A stretch of 64,000 bases of DNA from an uncultured Planctomycetales bacterium. Its GTDB lineage: Bacteria > Omnitrophota > Gorgyraeia > Zapsychrales > JAHFFX01. The notes under the pieces are model-generated. The model had not been told where the DNA came from. It searched no databases and worked only from the letters and a program-made list of their open reading frames with translations. The position numbers and the translations under genes were made by a program. Shown here in pieces: positions 20,134-29,575 of this stretch. The stretch is taken from assembly GCA_964612665.1 (NCBI GenBank), contig CAZTCI010000003.1:128969-192968 (forward strand), in the 5' to 3' direction. Every line of letters starts with the position of its first letter. Position 1 is the stretch's first letter.

Positions 20134-21222
20134 TCAAGCTTCACATTCCTTAAGAGCGGCTTCAATAATTTTTAACGGGATATCCATTACCACTTGAACT
20201 TTTCCAATATCACGTGCCAGGACAAAACGATTTTTTCCCGCCACAAACTTCTTGTCATGACGCATGGCTTTTAAAATATCAGATGTGGAAATCTTTTTAA
20301 AATAAAGCGGCAATCCGACGGCTTGTATCAAATCCTTTAAACGTTTTAATTGAACCCTAGAAAATAATTGCAGATTAACTGAAATCAATGCCGCCGCATG
20401 AATTCCGATCGCGATAGCTTCCCCATGCTGATATTGATTGTAACGGCCTGCAGACTCAATCGCATGGCCGAGCGTGTGGCCAAAGTTTAGAATGGTGCGT
20501 ATCCCTTTTGTTTCTTTCTCATCGCGTTTAACCACATCCGCTTTAATACGGCTGCAAACAGTTACCAATTTTATTAAAGCTGCCGGTTTTAAACTCAAAA
20601 TGTCTTTATAATCTTTTTCTAAATAATTAAAAAGATTTTTATCCGTGATGACACCATACTTAATGGCCTCAGCCAGGCCGTTGCGGATTTGACGTTCGCT
20701 TAATGTCGATAAAACTGCTACGTCACTGACAACAGCCCTCGGTTGGCAAAAACTTCCGACTAAATTCTTTCCGACCGGCAAATCGATGGCAACCTTTCCT
20801 CCAATGGCCGAATCGATTTGAGCCAATAATGTCGTTGGAATTTGAATATACGGAATTCCCCGCTTATACACACTAGCCACAAACCCAGCCAAATCGCCAA
20901 CCACACCACCGCCAAATGCTAGAATAAAAATCTTTCTCCCGACATCATAGGCAGCGATTTGATTTAAAAGTTTAAAGGCTTGCTCGGCCGATTTACTTCG
21001 CTCGCCATCAGGAACAACTAAGAATTTGGCTGAAAACTTTTCACGCTCTAATCCGGAGCTGATGCTATTTTTGTACCGTCGTAAAATACCGGGGTTCGTA
21101 ATAACAACGGCATCATGTCCGACGTTTAACGGTTTAATAATCGTCCCCAATTTTTCTAAAATTTTATACCCGACGTGTATATCATAACTATTTTCTTTTA
21201 ACGCTAACTTGATTTTGTTCAT
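20134..21222 (-). CDS. aroB: 3-dehydroquinate synthase
   Basis: The motif GGGVVGDLAGFVASVYKRGIPYIQIPTTLLAQIDSAIGGKVAIDL is present. Confidence 0.9.
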   Translation of the reverse strand: MNKIKLALKENSYDIHVGYKILEKLGTIIKPLNVGHDAVVITNPGILRRYKNSISSGLEREKFSAKFLVVPDGERSKSAEQAFKLLNQIAAYDVGRKIFILAFGGGVVGDLAGFVASVYKRGIPYIQIPTTLLAQIDSAIGGKVAIDLPVGKNLVGSFCQPRAVVSDVAVLSTLSERQIRNGLAEAIKYGVITDKNLFNYLEKDYKDILSLKPAALIKLVTVCSRIKADVVKRDEKETKGIRTILNFGHTLGHAIESAGRYNQYQHGEAIAIGIHAAALISVNLQLFSRVQLKRLKDLIQAVGLPLYFKKISTSDILKAMRHDKKFVAGKNRFVLARDIGKVQVVMDIPLKIIEAALKECEA

Positions 21223-21839
21223 ACGAGTTCAACTCCCAAATATCTAGCTAACCAAACGACAATAGGCAAAACTACACGTTGAAATCCCCCGCCCGAATAT
21301 AAAAAAAGGACAACCAGTAAAAGTCCGTATGGTTCCAATTGCGCATACCAATAGGCCAGAGGCTTCGGCAGTATTCCCAAAATAAATCTCGACCCGTCCA
21401 AAGGCGGAATGGGCATCAAATTAAATACCGCCAATAAAAGATTAATAAAAACCGCCGACGCTGCGATTTCCAAAATGATTGGTGAGGATTTAAGCCTTAA
21501 CAATTGACTAAAGATAATGGCAAAAACAATATTAACCGCTGGACCAGCCAGCGCCACCAAAATCATATCGCGTTTAGGATTTCTTAATGCGTTAAAATTA
21601 ACCGGCACGGGCTTCGCCCAGCCTAATATCGGAAGCTGCGCTCCTAACGAACGCAAAACTAAAATGATTCCAGGCAGCACAATTGTTCCCATCGGATCAA
21701 TATGCTTAAGCGGGTTTAACGTCAATCGCCCAGCGATCTTGGCCGTCGGATCACCCAAACGCCACGCTACCCATCCGTGAGCACATTCATGCAGGATAAC
21801 CGCGGGTATTAAAATAAAAAGTAGGACAAAAATTTCCAT
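21219..21839 (-). CDS. Site-2 protease family (peptidase M50) zinc metalloprotease
   Basis: An HECAHG (HExxH) motif sits in a TM helix. The LDG motif appears as PIPPLDGSR. The protein is polytopic. Confidence 0.75.
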   Translation of the reverse strand: MEIFVLLFILIPAVILHECAHGWVAWRLGDPTAKIAGRLTLNPLKHIDPMGTIVLPGIILVLRSLGAQLPILGWAKPVPVNFNALRNPKRDMILVALAGPAVNIVFAIIFSQLLRLKSSPIILEIAASAVFINLLLAVFNLMPIPPLDGSRFILGILPKPLAYWYAQLEPYGLLLVVLFLYSGGGFQRVVLPIVVWLARYLGVELV

Positions 21840-21845
21840 GGAAAT

Positions 21846-22679
21846 TTACAAAACTAATTGGATTTTTGAAACATCCAGGGCTGAAGGATTAGCCCAATCA
21901 GGAAGAGATTTTTTGAGAACACCCTCAACCGTTACTTGCGCGTTAACAAACTGTTCGAAGACATCGTTGGTGTTTTCTATATTGTATACAGTTCCATCTT
22001 GCGTCATCAATTTATATTTAAAATGAAATGATGGATCTGAAAAGTGGACGAGGTGACCAACGATGGTTAAGTTTGATTCCGGCTCCGGCGTTGGTGCGGG
22101 CGGATTGTTTCCTATCTCCGGTTTGGCAGCCGTTTCTACCGTCGGAGCTGAGGTATTAATGGTTTTTCGGGCAGATTCCGGAACAATTTTGGCCGTGACA
22201 GTTTCAGGAATTTGAACTGATTTGAATTTTAAGAATTGCACCGAAACCCAGCCAAAGGTTCCTTCCACTGCTTCAATTTGGATCCACCCATTTATTTTTT
22301 GAACCACGTGAACCCGCGCGCCCTGCACCAATTGTCCCAGCGACACAAAATTCGGACCGGCACCAGCTCGGATATTGACCCGGTGACCAGTGATCTCAGC
22401 GGTATGTTCGTCGATCATCGAGACAAAATCTTGACTGATAAAACTCTTAGCCTCCGCTGGAAGTTTGATTTTATACCAATCAAAACTTTTTCCAACGACA
22501 ATGACTTCTGAACCACGGCTTAAACGGCAGAGTTTTTCAAAATTTGTATTCTGTCCGGCACGGACGTTGACACTTTCAACACTCACTTCGGCGAGAAACG
22601 GAAATTTTTCTTCAGCATTCGCAATAAAAAAAGGCAACAGGCAAAAAAATAGTATTGTTAAAACTAATTTCTTTGCCAT
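21846..22679 (-). CDS. Secreted protein with two bacterial SH3 domains
   Basis: A signal peptide is present. The SH3b-like segments are VNVRAGQNTNFEKL...WYKIKLP and VNIRAGAGPNF...GWIQIE. Confidence 0.6.
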   Translation of the reverse strand: MAKKLVLTILFFCLLPFFIANAEEKFPFLAEVSVESVNVRAGQNTNFEKLCRLSRGSEVIVVGKSFDWYKIKLPAEAKSFISQDFVSMIDEHTAEITGHRVNIRAGAGPNFVSLGQLVQGARVHVVQKINGWIQIEAVEGTFGWVSVQFLKFKSVQIPETVTAKIVPESARKTINTSAPTVETAAKPEIGNNPPAPTPEPESNLTIVGHLVHFSDPSFHFKYKLMTQDGTVYNIENTNDVFEQFVNAQVTVEGVLKKSLPDWANPSALDVSKIQLVL

Positions 22680-22709
22680 GTTGCCCTCAATTGATTTGAA
22701 TAGAAAGGA

Positions 22710-23003
22710 TTACTTCTTAGCGCCAGCTTCAGGTTTTTTGGCTGCTTCCGGTTTCTTAGCGGCAGCGTCGGCTTTGGGTGCCGCGGCACCACCGGCGGCT
22801 GGAGCGGCCCCTTCTTTAGCTTCGGCTTTGGCAGCCTTCTTGGCTTTAAGCCTGACCACCTTTGTTTTCGGTAAACCAGTTGGACGTTGACTTTCTTTCC
22901 ACAAATTTTTCTTCATTAAATCTTTAAGGCGTTCAATACGGGAAAGAACCGAACGCTGCTGGCTTCCAGCGGGATCAGTCTTTAATGACGGGTGTAATGA
23001 CAT
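22710..23003 (-). CDS. Hypothetical basic protein with a histone H1-like Ala/Lys-rich tail
   Basis: The C-terminus reads KAKKAAKAEAKEGAAPAAGGAAAPKADAAAKKPEAAKKPEAGAKK. The stop abuts the SPOR gene. Confidence 0.4.
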   Translation of the reverse strand: MSLHPSLKTDPAGSQQRSVLSRIERLKDLMKKNLWKESQRPTGLPKTKVVRLKAKKAAKAEAKEGAAPAAGGAAAPKADAAAKKPEAAKKPEAGAKK

Positions 23004-23659
23004 TACATTCTCCTTACCAAGCTGTCTTTGTATTGTTTTCTTAGTTTACCTAAAATTTTGTCTGCTTCATTCTTATTAGCAAACTTACCGACGCACAAAA
23101 TAAAATAATTTCCTTTTTGCATGAGGAAACCGGTGGTTCCTTTTTTCTTTAACAACTCGATTTCCTGCTGGCCGTATTTCTCGGCTTTATAAGAAGCAAC
23201 CTGAATAGTATATCCGGTTTCTTCGGCGGGTGCCATAGAAGTTTGCGCCGTCGGCAAATTGGAAGGTGACATTCTATCATTAATTTCTAAATGGTCAACG
23301 TTATTTTCAGGGGAAGAAACAGAAACGGGAACGATTTGCGCGACGGAAGGCTGAGGATGAACAGCTGTCGCGCCGTTAACTCGGGTAATGGTTTGATTTT
23401 GAACCGGCGCCGTGACTTTAACAATAGGAGCAGGCCGCTGTGCCGAAATCTGGGGAACCTGTTTTATGTTCTTACCCCGCTCAACACCCATCGAAAAAAC
23501 CAAAACCATCGACATTAACGCGACAATACTTACGACAACCAAATTTTCCAACGATAATGTTAAGTTCGCAAAAAGATACCGCGGCTTACCGGCCTCCGAC
23601 GAACTTCCAGGGGTTCCTGGGAAAAGTTCGAATTGGGATTGCTTGTAGGTGATATTCAT
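23003..23659 (-). CDS. SPOR domain membrane protein (septal peptidoglycan binding)
   Basis: It has an N-terminal TM helix. The C-terminal SPOR fold reads GYTIQVASYKAEKYGQQEIELLKKKG...FILCVGKFANKNEADKI. Confidence 0.7.
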   Translation of the reverse strand: MNITYKQSQFELFPGTPGSSSEAGKPRYLFANLTLSLENLVVVSIVALMSMVLVFSMGVERGKNIKQVPQISAQRPAPIVKVTAPVQNQTITRVNGATAVHPQPSVAQIVPVSVSSPENNVDHLEINDRMSPSNLPTAQTSMAPAEETGYTIQVASYKAEKYGQQEIELLKKKGTTGFLMQKGNYFILCVGKFANKNEADKILGKLRKQYKDSLVRRM

Positions 23660-23778
23660 ACATCCTCTTTCTTGATATCTATCTTTCTTAGCCTAAATAA
23701 TTTTATATTTGAGCTTCGAACTATGTTCGGTCAAAAATAAGCTGATGTAAATAATTGGAATTGATCGCTATTATAAAA

Positions 23779-24849
23779 TCATCGTTGAATTGAACTCAAG
23801 TACTTTCTAAACTTTTTTTGACGAGCGAGATCACAAAAAGAATCGACCACTTTGGGATCAAATTGGGTGCCGCTGTTTTGCTTAATTTCATGAACGGCTT
23901 CATCCAATGTTAATGTTCCCTTATAAGGCCGGCCTAAAATCATCGCTTCAAAAGCATCGACGAGTGCCATAACGCGCGCTCCGAGCGGAATCTCTTCTTT
24001 CTTTAACCCCGACGGGTAGCCCGTTCCGTCGTATTTTTCATGATGATATAAAATAATCGGTAAGACTGGTTTAAGAAAATCAACCGGCCGAATCAATTCA
24101 ACACTTTTAGCCGGATGATTGCGGATGATTTTAAATTCCTCCGGCGTTAAACGGCTGGCTTTGGAAAGGATTTCAAACGGCACGTCGATCGCGCCGGCGT
24201 CGTGCAGGACGCTCGCATAATAAAGCGATTCAATCCCATCTTGTCCCATGGATAATTTTTCAGCCAAGGCCTTGGCAATTTTGAAATAGATAGGTGTGTG
24301 TTTGGAACTCAAATGGCTTTGCTTTTCCAAAAGATTTCCAATAAATTTCATGCTGCCTAAAATGGCGCGCTGATGTTCTTCATGCAGCTGCAAATTTTTA
24401 ATGGCGGTCACGGCCTGCTCGGCAAAAACGGTCAGCATCTCTTTGTCGAATTCGGTAAAGGCCGGTTCGTACGGTTTACGCCGCACTAAAATTGATCCAA
24501 TATTGTCGTCGCCAACAAGCGGTAACGCAATTAAATGTTTTTCAGAAATCGCAAGCCCTATTGTAACTTTTCTTTCCCTCAAGGGAATTTTAAAAAGGTC
24601 CTTTTTTTTATCAATCACTGTATTGATTTCATTATTAAAGACGGCGACCAAGCTGATCCGCTTTTTGACAGGATCCAAAATGTAAACGCTCGCCGAACTG
24701 GCATGAATAAATTGGCACAACAGGCGGGTCAAACGCAAAGAAAGTTCTTTGACGTTATACGTCGAATTCACCAGCCGGTACACCATGTGCACGGCGGATA
24801 AAATCTTTTTATACTTTTTCGTATGGATTGAAGAGTTTCTTGTGCTCAT
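23779..24849 (-). CDS. GAF-domain HD-GYP phosphodiesterase (c-di-GMP hydrolysis)
   Basis: The HD...HHEKYDGTGYP motif is present, with an N-terminal GAF-like region. The alternative start MVYRLV would remove the 41-nt overlap with the upstream dGTPase-like gene. Confidence 0.8.
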   Translation of the reverse strand: MSTRNSSIHTKKYKKILSAVHMVYRLVNSTYNVKELSLRLTRLLCQFIHASSASVYILDPVKKRISLVAVFNNEINTVIDKKKDLFKIPLRERKVTIGLAISEKHLIALPLVGDDNIGSILVRRKPYEPAFTEFDKEMLTVFAEQAVTAIKNLQLHEEHQRAILGSMKFIGNLLEKQSHLSSKHTPIYFKIAKALAEKLSMGQDGIESLYYASVLHDAGAIDVPFEILSKASRLTPEEFKIIRNHPAKSVELIRPVDFLKPVLPIILYHHEKYDGTGYPSGLKKEEIPLGARVMALVDAFEAMILGRPYKGTLTLDEAVHEIKQNSGTQFDPKVVDSFCDLARQKKFRKYLSSIQR

Positions 24850-25978
24850 CTAAAGCAAACCGGTCGGTCATGCCGGCGATATGGTTGCAAATAATTTCAT
24901 ATTCAGCCTTTTTAGTATATTTTTTGTCACGCAAATAAATAGAATACGGCAGCTGCGTTGGATTTTCTTTATAGACTTCGAACAAGTCATAAATAATCCG
25001 TCGAGCTTTGGAGGTCATCCGCTCGACGCGGTAATGATGATACAGCTTTTCATTTAACAGCAGCTGCAAACGGTTGCGCTGATTTTCCATCGTTGGACTA
25101 AAGGCGATAGTTCTTTTTTTACTTTTTTTAACATCCTTAGAAGATTTAAATCCCGATGAGCTGATATTCTGACTTGATGCCTTTAAAAGGTCTTTGACCT
25201 GCATATCGATTAGTTCCTTGACGATTTGATACTTTATCATCTCACGGTTGTGCGCTTTTAAAGTGGCGGTCACTTTATTAAGCGCAGCCTGCCACAAACC
25301 GCTTTCACGCAAATCATCTTCACAAATGCATCCCGACGTCAATCCGTCATCGATATCATGATTCAAATACGCCAGCGAATCCGCGATATCGACGATCTGC
25401 GCTTCCAGCGTCGGTCCTTCCTGTGTCAGGCGCTTTTCAATGCTAGGCATATCAAACGGTGTATGGTGTTTTAAAATGCCGACCAGGACTTCGCGCGAAA
25501 GATTTAATCCGTCAAAATTAGGATAGCGCTTTTCAAATTTGGTTACAATTTCAAAGCTGCGCTTGTTGTGGTTGAACCCTTTAAACCCGGCCGTGACCAT
25601 AATTTTATTTAAAGCTTCTTCGCCGGCGTGGCCGAAAGGCGGATGCCCCAAATCATGCGCGAGGGCGATTGCTTCAATCAGATCTTCGTTAAGACATAAA
25701 TTCCGGCCGATCGTGCGGCCGATTTGGGCAACTTCAATTGTGTGTGTGAGGCGCGTGCGGTAATAATCACCTTCAAAAATAATAAAAACCTGCGTCTTAT
25801 ATTCAAGTTTCCGGAAAGCTTCTGAGTGAATAATCCGGTCACGGTCGCGCTGATACGCGGTGCGCGTTTCGTGCGGCGCTTCAAAATATTCACGCCCCGA
25901 CGAATCCTTGCTTTTCATGGCGTACGGCGCCAAAATTCTATCTTCGAGCTCTTCGAGGTTTTGCCTGGTTCGCATCAT
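24809..25978 (-). CDS. dGTP triphosphohydrolase-like HD-domain protein
   Basis: The HD motif HDLGHPPFGHAGE is present, with dGTPase family architecture in a protein of about 380 aa. Confidence 0.85.
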   Translation of the reverse strand: MMRTRQNLEELEDRILAPYAMKSKDSSGREYFEAPHETRTAYQRDRDRIIHSEAFRKLEYKTQVFIIFEGDYYRTRLTHTIEVAQIGRTIGRNLCLNEDLIEAIALAHDLGHPPFGHAGEEALNKIMVTAGFKGFNHNKRSFEIVTKFEKRYPNFDGLNLSREVLVGILKHHTPFDMPSIEKRLTQEGPTLEAQIVDIADSLAYLNHDIDDGLTSGCICEDDLRESGLWQAALNKVTATLKAHNREMIKYQIVKELIDMQVKDLLKASSQNISSSGFKSSKDVKKSKKRTIAFSPTMENQRNRLQLLLNEKLYHHYRVERMTSKARRIIYDLFEVYKENPTQLPYSIYLRDKKYTKKAEYEIICNHIAGMTDRFALDEHKKLFNPYEKV

Positions 25979-26447
25979 AAAGTCGCTGCCACAGATCTAA
26001 AAGCGATTGAGAAACAATTTTAGTGTTCGCCACAACCGGCATAAAATTGACATCACCTTTCCAGCGGGGCACAATATGAATATGCAGGTGCCCAGGAAAA
26101 CCGGCACCCGCCGCCTTGCCTAAATTGATACCAATATTATAACCGTTAGGCTTCATGGTTTTATCTAATAATTTTTTTGTTTTTTCCATGAGCTCAAACA
26201 ATTCCAATTTCTCCGGCGAAGTCAATTTCGTCAAATCAGCAACATGACGATACGGAACAATCATAATGTGCCCATTATTATAAGGATAAATATTTAAAAC
26301 TGAAAATGTATGCTGAGCGCGTTCCACAATAAATGTGGCTTTATCGTTTTTTTGTTTAATCATCTGGCAAAAAACACATTGCCCCTGATCCCGTTTCTTC
26401 AAACGAAAAATATACTTAACACGCCAAGGCGCCCAAAGATAATCCAT
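25938..26447 (-). CDS. HIT family nucleotide hydrolase/transferase
   Basis: The histidine triad HLHIHIV and a CxxC zinc site are present. Confidence 0.75.
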   Translation of the reverse strand: MDYLWAPWRVKYIFRLKKRDQGQCVFCQMIKQKNDKATFIVERAQHTFSVLNIYPYNNGHIMIVPYRHVADLTKLTSPEKLELFELMEKTKKLLDKTMKPNGYNIGINLGKAAGAGFPGHLHIHIVPRWKGDVNFMPVVANTKIVSQSLLDLWQRLYDANQAKPRRARR

Positions 26448-26930
26448 TTATTTGACCTTAATAATTTTGCTGCGAATTGTTTTGCCGGAGTTGACTTCTA
26501 ATATGCCATAAGACCGGTAAGGAGCGGTGATGGTATCGGTGGGACTTCCAGGATTAAAATATAAAACGTCACCCACTCTCTCATTAAACGCCATATGCGA
26601 GTGGCCAAAAACCACACATTCAACCGCATCACTTTTAAATTCTCGACGGACACTATCTAAAACCTGCTGAGGCGAACCGGTACCATGGAAGACGCCAATC
26701 GCATGTCCTTCGAGATTTAAAATTTGCTTACCCGGCAGACGGCGCGCCAAAGAAACCTCATCCATATTTCCATGCACGGCTTTAATTTCTTTAATTTCTG
26801 CCAATCTTTCAAAATCCTTAAGTGTACAAAAATCTCCCGCATGAATAATCAAATCCAGCCGGTTAAATTCTTTCACCATTTGCTGTGGCAAAAGACCTGA
26901 ATGCGTATCAGCGACAACGCCTATTTTCAT
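26448..26930 (-). CDS. YfcE-like metallophosphoesterase
   Basis: Motifs VADTHSG, ...GDF..., and GHSH are present. Confidence 0.75.
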   Translation of the reverse strand: MKIGVVADTHSGLLPQQMVKEFNRLDLIIHAGDFCTLKDFERLAEIKEIKAVHGNMDEVSLARRLPGKQILNLEGHAIGVFHGTGSPQQVLDSVRREFKSDAVECVVFGHSHMAFNERVGDVLYFNPGSPTDTITAPYRSYGILEVNSGKTIRSKIIKVK

Positions 26931-28573
26931 TTCACAATAAAAGGTTTATCATAAAAACTTAAAAGCGCGTTTAATTCTTTCTCATTCCAAATCCACATGC
27001 GTTCTTGCAAGGCCTTGACCCGCGTATTTTCGTCTAAATTTTCTAACGAAATAATTATCCGTCGCTGAGGTTTCTCTTGGGACTTTTTTAAGGCGGCCAA
27101 AAAAGTATTAACGTCATTTTCACATAAGCCGTCTTTTTTAAAGACAATGAACCAAGGCCCTTCTTCGCTGACCGCTTTAATCACTTCAAACTCGGTTTTC
27201 GTTGTATCTTCCCATGAAATCGGCATGATCTCTTGAAAGGCCGGCAATTTATATTTCCGGCCGTTGAGACTGAAAGCTTCATTATCAAAACACGTTAAAA
27301 GCTCGACGATACGCGAAGAAAATTCCTGCTCAGAAATCAGCTGAAAATTATTAACCGCTCGTCTTAGGTCTTCGCGCAAGCGTTCTTTTTGTTTTGAGAA
27401 CGGGCGTTCAACCGATTGGATTCTTTTTTGAAACACATACTGAATCCAATATTTGAGCAGTTTATCCTGAAAATGAAAAAGCTGGCCGTGCTTAACAATC
27501 ACACCTATTTCCAAAAGACAGTTAATGCGGTTATTAAGTGTCGCAGATTTAATACCCAAATGATCGGAAATGTCTTTAATTTTATTTTTGCCGTTGGCTA
27601 AGGCAATCAAAAGTGACGCCATGCCATGATTATTTTTCCCCTGGCACAAATCGCGCACAATCGTTTCGAAATGCCGACTTAAAATCCCCCAGCTGTCTAA
27701 AATTACATTTTCAATCGCCTCGGTCACGAGAGGCATATAAACTTCCGTCTGCTTATGCAGAAGACTTAAACGGCTTAATTCTTTAACAATTAAATTCAAG
27801 TAAAGTGGATGCCCGCCAGTAAAATCGGCCAGAAAGTTACGCGGCTGTTCGTTGATATGCACTTCATTAAGATGGTATTGAATAAACTGCTGGCTGGTTT
27901 GGGAATCAAATGGTTCAATCTCGATAACTTCGAAATTGCCGAAAAGCAGTGAAAGTTTTTCAGAAAGGATTTTTTTGGCGATAATGGGAAATGAACTGGT
28001 CACGATATAAATACATTTTTGCTGGGTCATGATTTTTTTACCCAGTTCTTGAAATACCTCCAGGATATCAAACCCCTGTAGATCCTGGAACTCATCCAAA
28101 ATAATGACGCAGTATTTGCCCGATTCAATGGTGAAAACATCCGGCAACGAAATCAACTGACGGTAAGCTTCATCGACCTTCTCTTTGGCAAGATGCGCTT
28201 GAACACTTTTAATCACTTCAATTGTCTGCGGAATAAACGGATGGGCATTTTCGATAAGCAGTGTTATGTCGTCGAATAAAGGAAGATTTTTGGATTTAGA
28301 AAAATTATATAAAAGACTGCGGATAAATTTCGCGAAAAAATAATAAAGATCTTTATGATCCAAATCAATGTCAATAACAATAAGAGAATCTTCTTCAAGT
28401 TCAGCGGTAAACTTTTCCAAAATTGAGGTTTTACCGACAAACCGGTTGCCTAAAAAAGCAACATTCTGCCGGTACCCTTCTTTAAGGTCAAGGACCCGGC
28501 GTTTCAATATCTCTAGAGTTGTTTTGCGTCCAAAAAAATGACTGCCCATAAAACCTACATGTACGGATTGCAC
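26927..28573 (-). CDS. Archaeal-type P-loop ATPase (ATPase_2/DUF234-like) with a C-terminal winged helix-turn-helix
   Basis: A Walker A motif, GNRFVGKTS, and Walker B, VIILDEFQD, are present. A C-terminal wHTH reads NRINCLLEIGVIV. The stop overlaps the phosphoesterase start by 4 nt. Confidence 0.6.
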   Translation of the reverse strand: MQSVHVGFMGSHFFGRKTTLEILKRRVLDLKEGYRQNVAFLGNRFVGKTSILEKFTAELEEDSLIVIDIDLDHKDLYYFFAKFIRSLLYNFSKSKNLPLFDDITLLIENAHPFIPQTIEVIKSVQAHLAKEKVDEAYRQLISLPDVFTIESGKYCVIILDEFQDLQGFDILEVFQELGKKIMTQQKCIYIVTSSFPIIAKKILSEKLSLLFGNFEVIEIEPFDSQTSQQFIQYHLNEVHINEQPRNFLADFTGGHPLYLNLIVKELSRLSLLHKQTEVYMPLVTEAIENVILDSWGILSRHFETIVRDLCQGKNNHGMASLLIALANGKNKIKDISDHLGIKSATLNNRINCLLEIGVIVKHGQLFHFQDKLLKYWIQYVFQKRIQSVERPFSKQKERLREDLRRAVNNFQLISEQEFSSRIVELLTCFDNEAFSLNGRKYKLPAFQEIMPISWEDTTKTEFEVIKAVSEEGPWFIVFKKDGLCENDVNTFLAALKKSQEKPQRRIIISLENLDENTRVKALQERMWIWNEKELNALLSFYDKPFIVK

Positions 28574-28589
28574 CGTTTAAAAAAAATTT

Positions 28590-29279
28590 TTATTGCGGCA
28601 GATAAAATAATGGATTATCTGCCCGAGCATTTCTTCTTATTTCAAAATGTTCAAACGCTAAATCGCCTTTTTTACCAACTTGCGCAACTGGCTTCCCTTG
28701 GTCGACTGCCTCATCCAAACCAACGAGCAGTTTGGAATTCTGCGCATAAACTGAATGATATCCGTCGGAGTGGGCAACAATAACGGTATAAGCATAGCCG
28801 TTTAAATAATCGGCAAAAACAACTTTGCCGGAACGGGCCGCTTTCACAACCTCACCTTCACTGGCCTGAATATCAATGCCTCGGTTGACATCCAAGCCTT
28901 TATGATTTCCAAAATAAGAAATAACAGTTCCCTTGATTGGCCATTGAAAGTCATTATCCTTAGGTCCTTTTTCAGGGATAGTGACCGTCCGGACTTCATC
29001 AGCGCCAGGAATAAAAATCAGTTGGTCTTTTTCAATTTTGGCGACATTAGGAATATTGTTGCTTTTGATGACTTCGTCAATACCGACCCCATACGTCTGT
29101 GCGATCCGCCAAAGCGTTTCACCGGGATGAACTTTGTGGTAAACACCCTTGCCTACCGGCTTGGTTGCCGTGGGCAAGACAGCTGTTTTCGTTGCCGACG
29201 GGGGTGTTGTGGTCGCGCAACCGGCGATGATTGAAACTAAGCCCAGCAAAATTCCGGTCAGGATTTTTTTAGTGCTCAA
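28590..29279 (-). CDS. LysM plus degenerate M23 (LytM) lipoprotein, NlpD/EnvC-like
   Basis: A lipobox IIAGC is present. The LysM segment is GETLWRIAQTYGVGIDEV. The M23 fold lacks the catalytic HxxxD and HxH residues. Confidence 0.75.
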   Translation of the reverse strand: MSTKKILTGILLGLVSIIAGCATTTPPSATKTAVLPTATKPVGKGVYHKVHPGETLWRIAQTYGVGIDEVIKSNNIPNVAKIEKDQLIFIPGADEVRTVTIPEKGPKDNDFQWPIKGTVISYFGNHKGLDVNRGIDIQASEGEVVKAARSGKVVFADYLNGYAYTVIVAHSDGYHSVYAQNSKLLVGLDEAVDQGKPVAQVGKKGDLAFEHFEIRRNARADNPLFYLPQ

Positions 29280-29360
29280 TTTTATACCTTTAATTTCATG
29301 CTGGGTTTTTCCTTCACGAAAAATTTAGTCTTTTAATCAAAGGAAAAACCTTAGCATTAA

Positions 29361-29391
29361 ATTTTGTCATCCCTTGGGACGACAAAATTTA
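29361..29391 (-). terminator. Hairpin terminator downstream of tRNA-Gly
   Basis: The sequence aaattttgtc-atcccttgggac-gacaaaattt has a perfect 10-bp stem, followed by T-rich sequence on the minus strand. Confidence 0.4.
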
Positions 29392-29463
29392 AGCGAGGGA
29401 CGGGGATTGAACCCGCGACGTCAAGCTTGGGAAGCTTGCATTCTACCACTGAATTACCCTCGC
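29392..29463 (-). tRNA. tRNA-Gly (anticodon CCC)
   Basis: The sequence folds by hand into a cloverleaf: GCGAGGGTAATTCAGTGGTAGAATGCAAGCTTCCCAAGCTTGACGTCGCGGGTTCAATCCCCGTCCCTCGCT. The acceptor is 7 bp, the anticodon loop is TTCCCAA, and the T-loop is GTTCAATCC. CCA is not encoded. Confidence 0.8.
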
Positions 29464-29481
29464 ATATTCGTTGGTCCGTTG

Positions 29482-29546
29482 TTCGTTGTTCGGGGAATTC
29501 ATGTTTTTATTTAAAAAAATAGAAGAACGAATTCCACGAACAACGA
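29482..29546. repeat. Interrupted hairpin between thiE and tRNA-Gly
   Basis: The stems ttcgttgttcg / cgaacaacgaa (11 bp) and ggaattc / gaattcc flank an AT-rich loop. Confidence 0.4.
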
Positions 29547-29575
29547 AAGCAGAGACTGTTGAATGATAACATTTG

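Noticed and set aside
22465-22890. Plus-strand Ala-rich 141-aa ORF
   Set aside because: It is the antisense reading of the GC-rich Ala/Lys-tail region of the H1-like gene and the SH3 gene 5' end.
26927-28573. Calling the ATPase a STAND/Avs-type defence NTPase outright
   Set aside because: Only the Walker A/B motifs and a C-terminal wHTH are visible by eye. The ATPase_2/DUF234 family is also found in non-defence contexts. It is kept as a hypothesis in the findings only.
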